Shown: positions 18,434 to 27,999 of the stretch, one piece after another
Position numbering within the stretch: the first letter of the stretch is position 1
How the letters are laid out: each line of letters starts with the position of its first letter
NCBI GenBank assembly: GCA_963674825.1
Contig: OY771587.1
Coordinates: 608,001-672,000, forward strand
Reading direction: 5' to 3'
Length of the DNA: 64,000 nucleotides
From: Candidatus Cloacimonadales bacterium
GTDB lineage: Bacteria > Cloacimonadota > Cloacimonadia > Cloacimonadales > JAIOQZ01
Notes under the pieces: model-generated
Seen by the model: the letters and a program-made list of their open reading frames with translations, nothing else
The model's database searches: none
What the model was told of the DNA's origin: nothing
Translations under genes and position numbers: made by a program

Positions 18434-19468
18434 TCAACTGCGTTCAAGCTGATACAAATTCTCACGATATTCGTTCTCGGACGGATCGATCTTGATCGCC
18501 CGTAGTATCCAATCTTTGGCACGATTCGTGTCTCCGTTCTTCCACCAGCATACACCGAGGTTGTTCATCACTTCCGCGCTCTGCGGATGTGCCTTCACCA
18601 TCGATTCAAAGACCTCAATCGCCTTCTGTACGTCACCTCTCATGAAGTGGCTCTGGCCAACGCGCATCCACTCCTCATACTGCATGACAGGTTTAACGTC
18701 CTCAAGCTCCAGCAGCTCCTCGAACTCGGTTCCTTCAAGCGTCGCAACAAGCTCATCGTAATTTGTCACGATCTCCTCGATTCGGCTCGGATTGGTCTTG
18801 CGGATGGGGCTCTCCAGGTCGAACTTGCGGTTTGCCTCGCCCAGAAAATCGAAGATCGAACGCAGAGCATCCGGCTTCATTGTCTGCGATTCTTCGGTTT
18901 TATCGAAGAAATCCTCGTAAAACAAGGTCAGCGTCGGGAAATGCGCCGGTATGAATTCCGAGAAATGTTCGATCTCTTCCTTACGTTTGCGGAGCTCTCC
19001 CAGCAGTTTTTCACCAGTGTTTATGCGAATCCGGATGGGATCGTATTTCTTCAGATCGTGCGCCTTGCGGCCTTGCTTCTGCTTTTCGATATTCACCAGG
19101 AGCGAGATATAAGTCTTGAGGTAGTTTCGGCGAATCAGGTGGATGATACGGACATCGTACTCGTTCAGCAGCTCGTGCAAATTCGCCAGCGTGTTCATCT
19201 GATCGTACTTGATGTCGAACCCGACATGCGGCTCACCGTGTGACAGGAAAAAGCGGTTAAAGTAGTCCCTGAACAGCTTTGTCGCATGTTTGTACACCAG
19301 ATATTTCTCATCCTGTCGCATCGCTTCCAGCCAGATTTTCGGAAACGAATCCCCACGATCAAGTAGTAGAAGCTCACCTGTACAGAATATATTCGGATGC
19401 GCGTTGAGCAGCGTTTCCAGGAATCCAGTTCCCGAACGTTGTTTCGATATCACGATGAAACGACTCAT
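18434..19468 (-). CDS. Stf0/NodH-like sulfotransferase with C-terminal TPR
   Basis: ISKQRSGTGFLETLLNAHP, HLIRRNYLKTYISL; TPR EVMNNLGVCWW..RAIKIDP. Confidence 0.8.
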   Translation of the reverse strand: MSRFIVISKQRSGTGFLETLLNAHPNIFCTGELLLLDRGDSFPKIWLEAMRQDEKYLVYKHATKLFRDYFNRFFLSHGEPHVGFDIKYDQMNTLANLHELLNEYDVRIIHLIRRNYLKTYISLLVNIEKQKQGRKAHDLKKYDPIRIRINTGEKLLGELRKRKEEIEHFSEFIPAHFPTLTLFYEDFFDKTEESQTMKPDALRSIFDFLGEANRKFDLESPIRKTNPSRIEEIVTNYDELVATLEGTEFEELLELEDVKPVMQYEEWMRVGQSHFMRGDVQKAIEVFESMVKAHPQSAEVMNNLGVCWWKNGDTNRAKDWILRAIKIDPSENEYRENLYQLERS

Positions 19469-19516
19469 AGTTTCTCCTTGCCCTGAAACACAGACAACCT
19501 GCCTGAATCTGTTGGC

Positions 19517-21412
19517 TTATCCAAAATTTTCTCTCCACTTTTCGAATACATACAACGCCCATAATGGCTTGCGATTATCTTTCTTACCGCGTAAATGCTC
19601 CTGCAACATCCGCTGGATCATTTCCGACTGGAAGATACCGTCATGGTCGATCTTCTTGGGATCGAAGGTTTCTTCCATCTCAGCGCGCAGATCGTGCTTG
19701 ATCCACTTCGCCAGCGGGATACCGAAGCCTTTTTTCTTACGATACAGCACATCGTGCGGCAAGCGGCTTTCCAGTGCCTTCTTCAGGATATACTTGCGCG
19801 TCGTGCCCTTCATCTTGAGGCTTGACGGCAACGAATTGGCAAACTCGGCGAACTCCACGTCCAGAAACGGAGTACGTGCCTCCAGCGAGACCATCATACT
19901 TGCACGATCCACCTTCACGAGGATGTCGTTTTGCAAGTAGAAACGCTGGTAGTTCCAGCCGATTTCGTCCAGCCAGTCCCGGAACTGCATCCGACGCTGA
20001 TCCTCAACAATCTGTTCGTACGGATTCATTTTGCCGATTTCCAGCAGCACATCACCGGTGAGGATCTCCCGTTGCTGCTGCGGTGTAAACGCTCCCAGCC
20101 ACACCTGATTGCGAATCCCACGCGGTTGATAGACACCCTTGAGAAAATGCTTGATCTTAAAATCGAGGCTCATGTTGCGCGTTGAAACAGGCATCATGGT
20201 TGCCAGCGGTTTGACAATAGCCTGATGCAAAGACTTCGGAAGAATTTCGTAGCGATCCGCCCATAGATGCGCAAGGAAAGGATCGTACCCTGCGAAAAGC
20301 TCGTCTCCGCCATCGCCACCCAATGCGACCGTCACATGCTGTCTCGTGAAGCGCGATAGGAGATAGGTCGGGATGATGGATGCATCCGCAAACGGCTCGT
20401 CCAGGCGTGACCATATCTCCGGTTGAATATCCAGCATGGTCTGCGCGGTGAGAATATCCTCGTGGTGGTTGGTACCAAACAGCTTCGCAACTTTCTGAGC
20501 CCAGCTCGATTCGTCGAAACTGGCTTCCTGGAATCCTATGGAAAAAGTCTTGATCTTGTCTGCCGGCATCATTTCGGAGAGCAGCGCAATTATACTGCTG
20601 GAATCGATTCCGCCGCTGAGAAACACGCCCAGCGGAACATCGCTCATCAGCCTGCGCTGCACGGCACGTTTGAGCTTCGCGATCAGCTCTTCGCCCAGTT
20701 CGCGTTCGTCCATTTTCGTCGGAAGGTCGTTAAACCGCGGTTGCCAGTAGGGCTCGATGGTCGAGGTTCCGTTCCTCCAGATCATCAGGCTGCCCTGTTG
20801 CAGCTTCTTGATACCCCGATAGATCGAATACGGTGCAGGTAGATACTCGTAGGCGAGGTAGCGGCTTAGCGATTGGTAGTCGAGATCGCGCTCGATGTAT
20901 GGGTGCTCCAGCAGTGCTTTTACCTCTGATGCGAATGCGATTCCGTTGCCGTCTTCGTAATAGTAGAGCGGCTTTTGCCCGAACCGGTCGCGACTGAGGA
21001 TCAGCGATTGGCTGCGTTCATCCCAGATTCCAAAGGCGAACATGCCGTTCATCCGTGGGAAGAATTCGACACCGTACTCCTGATATCCGTAAAGGATTAC
21101 CTCGGTGTCGGTTGCGGAACTGAACACATACCCCTTCTCGAGCAGATCGTCTTTCAGTTCCTGGAAATTGTAGATCTCGCCGTTGAAAGTGATGTGAATA
21201 TCGCCGGATATGGTTGTCATGGGCTGACTGCCGTGCACAGACAGGTCGATAATGCTCAGACGTCTATGCCCGAGTCCGACGTGTATTTCAGGTGTCTGCT
21301 TCAGCCACACACCGCCAGCGTCCGGCCCTCGATGCACAAGCGCTTTGGTCATCTGGTCAAGCTGCTCTTCGACGATCTCACGCCGACTGACAAATCCGAC
21401 AATTCCGCACAT
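19517..21412 (-). CDS. asnB: Asparagine synthase (glutamine-hydrolysing)-like amidotransferase, second copy
   Basis: MCGI, HRGPD, NGEIYNF, LSGGIDSS, GDGGDELFAGY, KVDRASM, LEARTPFLD. Confidence 0.9.
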   Translation of the reverse strand: MCGIVGFVSRREIVEEQLDQMTKALVHRGPDAGGVWLKQTPEIHVGLGHRRLSIIDLSVHGSQPMTTISGDIHITFNGEIYNFQELKDDLLEKGYVFSSATDTEVILYGYQEYGVEFFPRMNGMFAFGIWDERSQSLILSRDRFGQKPLYYYEDGNGIAFASEVKALLEHPYIERDLDYQSLSRYLAYEYLPAPYSIYRGIKKLQQGSLMIWRNGTSTIEPYWQPRFNDLPTKMDERELGEELIAKLKRAVQRRLMSDVPLGVFLSGGIDSSSIIALLSEMMPADKIKTFSIGFQEASFDESSWAQKVAKLFGTNHHEDILTAQTMLDIQPEIWSRLDEPFADASIIPTYLLSRFTRQHVTVALGGDGGDELFAGYDPFLAHLWADRYEILPKSLHQAIVKPLATMMPVSTRNMSLDFKIKHFLKGVYQPRGIRNQVWLGAFTPQQQREILTGDVLLEIGKMNPYEQIVEDQRRMQFRDWLDEIGWNYQRFYLQNDILVKVDRASMMVSLEARTPFLDVEFAEFANSLPSSLKMKGTTRKYILKKALESRLPHDVLYRKKKGFGIPLAKWIKHDLRAEMEETFDPKKIDHDGIFQSEMIQRMLQEHLRGKKDNRKPLWALYVFEKWRENFG

Positions 21413-21430
21413 GATTTTACCAAATAATCC

Positions 21431-23116
21431 TTAGGACGATAGTTTCTTCGAGATGATTTTCTCGACGATGTAGTAGTCTTTCTTCTGCCCTTCGAAGTAG
21501 ATACGCATCATGATCTCACCCAGGAGACCCATGATCACGATCTGGAAACTCGATATACCGAGGATGCCAAACATCAACAGCAGTACATCGAACGAAATCG
21601 GGATAGGCAGGAATATCTTAGCCAGCGCAATCGCTGCAAGCGCGACGGTTCCAGCCGTGAATATCTTACGCGCCAGCTTTCCGAAAAACTGGATAGGACG
21701 CGTCATGTAGTCGGAAAAGAATCTCACAACCAGAAGATCGAAGATAACTCGTGAAACACGCGAAAGGTTATACTTGGCTCGGCCGTGGATCCGGGCGTGG
21801 TGGTTAACGGGAATCTCTGTCACTCGAACACCGATCCAAGCGGCGAAAACCGGGATGAATCGGTGCATTTCGCCATAGAGATGAATGTTCTTGATGATGC
21901 CGCGCTTGTAGGCCTTGAGCGTACAGCCGAAGTCGTGCAGCGAGATGCCGGTACCCGAAATCAACTTGTTGATCAGCGCGTTGGCGATCTGCGAAGGGAT
22001 TTTGCGGGTGATCATCTTATCCTTGCGGTCCTTGCGCCAACCGTTGACAAGGTCATACCCCTCCGCCATCTTTTCCAGTAACTTCGGGATATCGGCAGGA
22101 TCGTTTTGCAGGTCGCCGTCAAGCGTGATGATAACTTTGCCGTGGGCGTATTTGAATCCTGCGCTGAGCGCGGCTGTCTGGCCATAGTTACGGCGGAACT
22201 GGATCACCTTGATATGCTCGTCTTCCATTGCCATCTTCTTCATCAGAGGTAGGCTTCCGTCGGTGCTTCCGTCGTCGATGAAGATGATCTCATAATTCTG
22301 CCGCAGCGGCTCCAGCGCGCTGGTGATCTTCTCATGCAGGATGGGCAGGTTTTCCACTTCGTCCATAATGGGCACGATAATGGAGAGATCGATTTCCTTC
22401 TCTGCCGGGTCGATATCGAATTCGGACAGCATGCTCAGTGGCGCAATGTCGAAGGTGCGGTCAGAAAACTCGAGTCGAAGCGATCCGCTGGGGATGTCGT
22501 TCGGATTGGTCTCAAGCACCTCGAGCTGGCGTTGAAACTCCATCACCTCCACCTGTGAGACCTTGTCTGCGAGCAGTTCGTTAAGCAGTGTTCGGGCTTT
22601 TTCAATATTCCCGGTGGAAAGATACACGTAGCCAAGATTGAGCTTGGCGAAGTAATAGCGTGGATTGATCTCGATCGCCTCTTGCAGCACATTCGCGGCT
22701 CTGTTGTAGCTACGCAGGTTGTAGAGCATCACGCCGATATCGTTGAGCAGTTCGGCGTTGTCCGGCTCCAGTTCACGGGCACGGTTCAGCACCTGTAACG
22801 CCTGATCAAATTTGCCTTGTTCGTAGAGGATCAAGCCGTAATTGTAGAGGTATTTGAAGTTGTTCGGCTCCAGGCTGACAGCCTGATGAAGCAGCTCGCT
22901 GCTTCGCTCGAAATCGTTGAGCATTTTGTAAGCGTTCCCCAGCACGGAATGGATTTCCGACTGGTTGTTATCCCTTTCCAGCGCCATTTCCCAATACTTC
23001 ACAGCCTGCGGAAGGTCGTTCTCTTTGAAAAATTTCAGGCCGAGTTGGAAATAGTTCTGTTCATCGCTGGTTGACGTCGATTCGCCTCCGAGCGAAAGCT
23101 TGCTAACCGGATTCAT
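21431..23116 (-). CDS. N-terminal TPR fused to ArnC/DPM1-like polyprenol-phosphate glycosyltransferase (GT2)
   Basis: About 5 TPRs, then LSIIVPIMDE, IDDGSTDGS, RNYGQTAALSAG, LDGDLQNDPADIP, LYGEMHRFIP, two C-terminal TMs; SD GGAGG. Confidence 0.85.
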   Translation of the reverse strand: MNPVSKLSLGGESTSTSDEQNYFQLGLKFFKENDLPQAVKYWEMALERDNNQSEIHSVLGNAYKMLNDFERSSELLHQAVSLEPNNFKYLYNYGLILYEQGKFDQALQVLNRARELEPDNAELLNDIGVMLYNLRSYNRAANVLQEAIEINPRYYFAKLNLGYVYLSTGNIEKARTLLNELLADKVSQVEVMEFQRQLEVLETNPNDIPSGSLRLEFSDRTFDIAPLSMLSEFDIDPAEKEIDLSIIVPIMDEVENLPILHEKITSALEPLRQNYEIIFIDDGSTDGSLPLMKKMAMEDEHIKVIQFRRNYGQTAALSAGFKYAHGKVIITLDGDLQNDPADIPKLLEKMAEGYDLVNGWRKDRKDKMITRKIPSQIANALINKLISGTGISLHDFGCTLKAYKRGIIKNIHLYGEMHRFIPVFAAWIGVRVTEIPVNHHARIHGRAKYNLSRVSRVIFDLLVVRFFSDYMTRPIQFFGKLARKIFTAGTVALAAIALAKIFLPIPISFDVLLLMFGILGISSFQIVIMGLLGEIMMRIYFEGQKKDYYIVEKIISKKLSS

Positions 23117-23488
23117 AGGTCCTCCGAAGAGATGTCAGGCGGAAAAAATGGCACCATCGCGCCATCGGACCGGAATTGTCCGTTAAATCAGTTCTTCCCG
23201 GGTCACTTCCCTGTGACATCATCGTAACTCATTCCCTTGATTAAGGTTGATTCACTATCGATCTCGCGCGCGAAGGCTGAATTTTGCCATTTGCTCACGA
23301 GTATTCCTTTTTTCTCGGTAGTTTATAAAGAAAGGATTGTGCCAAAAAGATTTATTGAACCAAACAAGAAGCATGATTGGCTTTAACGACGTATTTACAG
23401 TGCCTTACCACTATTCCCAGATTGCAGTGGTATTTGATTTCTTAGTGGGAATTTATGGTTCTGGGGAAATTATTTCCTCAATGGGGAC

Positions 23489-25774
23489 TCACGATTTCTT
23501 TGAATGTGAGACTGTCACCTCTTCGATCTTACCAACTAACTCACGCAAAGAAAGCGGTTTGGTAATCACGGATCGGATACCGTATTGCCCTATCTTTAGC
23601 TCGTTTCCGCGCTCATGAAATCCCGTGCAGATGATTATCGGAAGGTCAGGCCGAAGCGAATTTGCCTTGCGGGCGATATCTAAGCCTGTGAAGTCAGGCA
23701 TGGAAAGATCCGAGATAATTAGGTCGAGCTGATCGATACTCTCGGTGATTTCTTGCATCGCTTCCTTGCTGTCTGTGTAACCAGTAACGTTGTAACCAAA
23801 AGATGATAGCGCTTTTTTGATCATCACAACGATCGAACTTTCGTCATCTACATAGAGGATGCTTAGGGGTGCCGTGGCCATAACGTCTTCTTCGACATAG
23901 CGACCAGCATATGCGCCATCTTTCTGTAATACGGGAAGATAGATATCAAAAGCCGTTCCTTCTCCGACGATACTACTCACCTCGATAGCCCCGTTCAGAG
24001 TAGAAACGATACCTTGTACAATTGCTAACCCGAGGCCAGATCCTTTGTCTTTCGGTTTGGTCGAGAAATAGGGGTCGAAAATGCGGTTGATAATTTCGGG
24101 GGGAATGCCATGCCCTGTATCCTTGATCTGCAGATGGACATAATCGCCTGCATCGATCTTTTCATGCAATCGTAACGGGATGTCGGCATAAGCTATATCT
24201 CGTAGCGAGACATCCAGTTGACCACCGTTTTTCTCCATCGCAAACGCAGCATTCATGCAGAGATTCAGCATGATCTGATGGATGTTCGAAGCGTCTGCAA
24301 GAACTCGATATTTTGTATCAAGTTCGCATGATACCCGAACGTTTTCCGGAATCAGTGACTTGATAAGATTCATCGCATCGCGAACGAGATCATGAATCGA
24401 GACAGGCTTGAATTCACGATCGGAACGTCGCGTGAACGAAATGATCTGGTTCACGAGGTCGCGCGCCTTTGTGGCGGCATTGACAATTTCCTGAAGACTG
24501 GCTCGGTTTTCCGTGTTATAATCCATCTCCATTTTTAAAAGATCAGCATAACCAAGTATCACGGAGAGAATATTGTTGAAATCGTGCGCTATGCCGCCGG
24601 CAAGTGTTCCGATCGCCTCCATTTTCTGCTTTTGCCGGAGCTGCTGCTCGGAAATGCTTCGTTGTGTAATATCGCGCAGGATCGCCTGAACCGCTACCCC
24701 ACTATCCGTGTCCAGATACGTAACCGAGACGTCGAATTCGATCTCTCGACCATCGCGAGTTAATGCAGTCATCGAATAAGTTCGGGATACTGGTTGACCA
24801 AGAATAACCCTCTTCCTCCGTTCCTCCATTATCTTCATACTCGATGGCGCAATCATCTTCATAAAATTGAAGTCTGGATCACACACTTCTTCCTTTGTAT
24901 ACCCCATCACTTCGGTAAATTTCTTGTTCACCAGCTCAAACTTGTTGTTCACCATCACGTAGATTACATCATTGCTTGTTTCAATCAACTGCCGATACTT
25001 CTCTTCACTGTTCTTAAGCGCTAGCTCTGCGTTATCTCTCGCAATTGTTCGCTCCTGCAATGAAGCGGCCATCGAATTGATTCCATGTTGAAGCTTCGAA
25101 ATTTCAGGTGATGAATCAATGTCGACTATCCTGGGGCTGAAATCACCGTCTTCTATCCTCTGAACACTTGCCAGCATTACATCGAATTTCTTCACAAGCT
25201 GCCCAACAAGAAACGCCGCGCTGGTCAACATGATCATCATTGCAGATATAGAAACCAGTACAACGATAATTAGAAACCGGATACGGTAAGCGAACATCTC
25301 TTCGCGACTGACAGAAAGCACGAAAACCCAGTTCCACGGCTCGTAACTTCTATAAACTGCAAAGTGGCTGTGGCCAAGTGATTCAAGCCAAATGAACCCG
25401 TTTCCACTCTTTTGAAGCTGGGGTAAAACATCCGATGATAACATCAAGTGCTGTATTTTGGAAAAATCGACACTGGTATCAGGAGGAATAACATTGAGTC
25501 CACCGGTTTCACCGTATCGATAACCATTATATTGATTGATGAAATCCTGCTGTTTCCGGGTCAAAAATTCCTGATTGTCGATACCCCATTTCTCAAGTGT
25601 AGTCGTCACTTGTCTTGCCCGGTCAATGATACGGTTTAATTCCTGAGACAGCTCTCGCTCATACTGGTTTCTGGTTACTTCCTGAATTGTGAACCAACCC
25701 ACAGAAATGAGTGCAGATGTCAGAACCACCAGCGATGCTGCATGATAAAGGAGAATCCGGTTACGGAGCTTCAT
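23489..25774 (-). CDS. Membrane hybrid histidine kinase (Cache-HAMP-PAS-HisKA-HATPase-REC)
   Basis: 2 TMs, HAMP, PAS (..AILRDIT), AHDFNNIL H-box, DTGHGI/GSGLGL, C-terminal REC (YVDDE, ISDLSMP, KP). Confidence 0.9.
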   Translation of the reverse strand: MKLRNRILLYHAASLVVLTSALISVGWFTIQEVTRNQYERELSQELNRIIDRARQVTTTLEKWGIDNQEFLTRKQQDFINQYNGYRYGETGGLNVIPPDTSVDFSKIQHLMLSSDVLPQLQKSGNGFIWLESLGHSHFAVYRSYEPWNWVFVLSVSREEMFAYRIRFLIIVVLVSISAMMIMLTSAAFLVGQLVKKFDVMLASVQRIEDGDFSPRIVDIDSSPEISKLQHGINSMAASLQERTIARDNAELALKNSEEKYRQLIETSNDVIYVMVNNKFELVNKKFTEVMGYTKEEVCDPDFNFMKMIAPSSMKIMEERRKRVILGQPVSRTYSMTALTRDGREIEFDVSVTYLDTDSGVAVQAILRDITQRSISEQQLRQKQKMEAIGTLAGGIAHDFNNILSVILGYADLLKMEMDYNTENRASLQEIVNAATKARDLVNQIISFTRRSDREFKPVSIHDLVRDAMNLIKSLIPENVRVSCELDTKYRVLADASNIHQIMLNLCMNAAFAMEKNGGQLDVSLRDIAYADIPLRLHEKIDAGDYVHLQIKDTGHGIPPEIINRIFDPYFSTKPKDKGSGLGLAIVQGIVSTLNGAIEVSSIVGEGTAFDIYLPVLQKDGAYAGRYVEEDVMATAPLSILYVDDESSIVVMIKKALSSFGYNVTGYTDSKEAMQEITESIDQLDLIISDLSMPDFTGLDIARKANSLRPDLPIIICTGFHERGNELKIGQYGIRSVITKPLSLRELVGKIEEVTVSHSKKS

Positions 25775-26922
25775 TTCTTGTCCTCCACCGTATCCGCTTT
25801 CTTGATCTGATTGATAACGCTATCCGCCATCTCCATCACGACGATAGGAATATTAAAGCCTATTAATCGAGCTACCTCTATATTGATCGATAATCGAGGC
25901 GGTGAATGAAATCGATTTTCAAGAACACCGGGAATCGCTCCGTTAAGGATTTGAGCAATCTTCTCGGCAATAAACTCGCCCACGACTTCCGGATCCTCGA
26001 TATCCAGGCTCATCAAAACACCATATGGAACATCCTCGACACCTGATTGGGAAAAAGTCGGTATATTATATTCGAAAAACGGCTGAAGCAAGACTGGCAT
26101 GTTCTCAGGAATCATCGTTTCATACTCGGTAAGGTACATTGCATCCACGCGTGGTGCAAGCCTTTTGTGGCACTCGATCAAGTCTTTCAGTGTCTGATCC
26201 GCGTCAGGGCGATCCTGAAGGCAATGTTCTTCAATAACTTCAAAGTTGTACTTTTTCGCCATTTCATGCACCGTTTCCAGCGCAGCATAACTTCTGCCTG
26301 TCTGTGTATCTTCATACACAATTCCGAGCTTCTTGAAGCCAACGATATCATGAAAAACCTGGAGTTGTGTTTCAAAACGATACGGAAAACTGATAACGAA
26401 AGTATGATTGAATCGATTGCTGTCGTATGATGGGATAATGCCAGCCAGTACAGGGTCGGAGGTGCTGAACACGATTGTCGTTGTATGATGCTCGTCCGTT
26501 ACCAGATCGAGCCCTGCCCATGTACCGGCAGCAAACATCAAATCGATGTCACTGTCATCCTTCTTCAAACGGGCGATGATCTTGCTTCTATCTTTTACTC
26601 GTTCGCTTTCATTCCAATCCGCGCTCCAGAATGCATCTGGAATAAAAACGAGATGGTCGCTCTTCACCGATGTGCACAGCCATTGCCATATGCCCTGCAT
26701 ATCGGGCTCGGTGATCTCTTTGGGAAATTCATCGAATTGTATCAGGCCTGCATCTCGCAGCCCACCCAAAATACCCAGAAAATTCTGGTAATAATCCCCG
26801 TATTCGCCACCCTGGTAATACCCGACTCTCCATTGTTTCATCGATTCATTGCCACTACCCGAATGCGCAATGATCGGAATGGCAATGCTAAAGGCCAAGA
26901 AAAGAATCAAGAATTTTCGCAT
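25771..26922 (-). CDS. ABC-type substrate-binding protein associated with the sensor kinase
   Basis: Signal peptide, FSTSDPVLAGII, FKKLGIVYED, LSINIEVARLIGF (ABC_sub_bind-like); ATGA overlap with the kinase; no permease nearby. Confidence 0.8.
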   Translation of the reverse strand: MRKFLILFLAFSIAIPIIAHSGSGNESMKQWRVGYYQGGEYGDYYQNFLGILGGLRDAGLIQFDEFPKEITEPDMQGIWQWLCTSVKSDHLVFIPDAFWSADWNESERVKDRSKIIARLKKDDSDIDLMFAAGTWAGLDLVTDEHHTTTIVFSTSDPVLAGIIPSYDSNRFNHTFVISFPYRFETQLQVFHDIVGFKKLGIVYEDTQTGRSYAALETVHEMAKKYNFEVIEEHCLQDRPDADQTLKDLIECHKRLAPRVDAMYLTEYETMIPENMPVLLQPFFEYNIPTFSQSGVEDVPYGVLMSLDIEDPEVVGEFIAEKIAQILNGAIPGVLENRFHSPPRLSINIEVARLIGFNIPIVVMEMADSVINQIKKADTVEDKK

Positions 26923-27152
26923 GAATGCTCCGGCACGTTGTTATTGGTAAACTGCTTTCTCCAATACGAATATAAGGCCCACCTTATGATTCATGCAAGG
27001 AAAAAAGAGAAATACGACGTAAAATCCATGATTAGTATGCAGAAACATGCTTCGAGTTTAAGCTTCATCCAGCCCCCTGACGCATTAAAACCTGCATTAA
27101 CTCTATCAATTCTGATATTTATTCACCATCTAACAGGAATTTCACTTTTAAG

Positions 27153-27181
27153 TTGACGTTACCTCACATCGATAGTAAATT
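27153..27181 (+). promoter_or_regulatory. Sigma70-type promoter of the signalling operon
   Basis: TTGACG-N17-TAAATT. Confidence 0.5.
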
Positions 27182-27183
27182 TT

Positions 27184-27335
27184 GGGAGGTGCTAGCGTTG
27201 CCGATTACTGATTCTGAAGCTGCTTCATCGTTGGAAAACGCCATAAACGGCGTCTTAACTCATCAGGTTTTGTTGCAATGCACGCAAATGTCGGCAAATA
27301 GGCAAGTCCCCTCCCACCGTTTACTTTGTTTTTAT
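27184..27335 (+). other. Candidate structured 5' leader / uORF region
   Basis: GGGAGG/CCTCCC and TTGCCGA/TCGGCAA long-range pairing, internal hairpin AAAACGCC/GGCGTCTT, T-rich tail. Confidence 0.3.
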
Positions 27336-27361
27336 AATGAAGAATTCCAATGGAGAACATT

Positions 27362-27973
27362 ATGAAAGAACGAATCCTGCTGGTTGACGATGACGAAAAC
27401 ATTCTCAAATCCCTTACACGGCAGCTGCACCAACATTTTATCTTTGAAACGGCTTCCAATGCTGCGGAAGGCCTCGACCTTCTAAAAGATGACCGAGACT
27501 TCGCTATCGTTGTTTCAGATCTCAAGATGCCCGGCATGGATGGCATTGACTTCCTGATAAAAGTAAAAGATCTGATACCAGACACCGTGAGAATCATGTT
27601 GTCCGGCAACGCGGATTTTACCCAGTCAGTTCGCGCAGTAAACGAAGGCAACGTGTTCCGCTTTTTATCCAAGCCATTTCCAGCCAAAAAGCTTATTGAA
27701 GTCCTGAAGCTGGCAGCGAGCCAATACAAGCTGAACTGTGAGATTTCCGCTGAATCCAATCTACGCAAAGATATGGGGCAGACAATTTCAACATGCTCCT
27801 ATTGCAATCGAATCAAGGACGACAAATCAACCGGTGATGGAGATATACGATGGGAACGCTTTGAGCTATACCTTTCACGGAAATTCGGTTTCAGATTCTC
27901 CCATTGTGTTTGTCCCGACTGTGTAAATAAACTATACGAAGAGTTGGAACAGATGCGAGATCATAGTCGATAG
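27362..27973 (+). CDS. Response regulator with C-terminal Cys-rich (putative Zn-binding) domain
   Basis: LVDDD, VSDLKMP, SKP; CSYCNRIKD...W..FE.YL...FSHCVCPDC. Confidence 0.85.
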   Translation: MKERILLVDDDENILKSLTRQLHQHFIFETASNAAEGLDLLKDDRDFAIVVSDLKMPGMDGIDFLIKVKDLIPDTVRIMLSGNADFTQSVRAVNEGNVFRFLSKPFPAKKLIEVLKLAASQYKLNCEISAESNLRKDMGQTISTCSYCNRIKDDKSTGDGDIRWERFELYLSRKFGFRFSHCVCPDCVNKLYEELEQMRDHSR

Positions 27974-27999
27974 AGCATTCAACAGGAAAAGGAACTGAC

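Noticed and set aside
23329..23344. Sigma54-like promoter TGGCAC-AATCC-TTTCT upstream of the glycan cluster
   Set aside because: The -12 element is TC rather than GC and no sigma54 activator is in the window; too weak to call
27205..27270. Hammerhead-like CTGATGA + stem on the minus strand; also considered 6S, SRP and c-di-GMP, fluoride or lysine riboswitches
   Set aside because: Invariant GAAA after stem II is absent (GATG), and the core motifs of the other RNAs are not present
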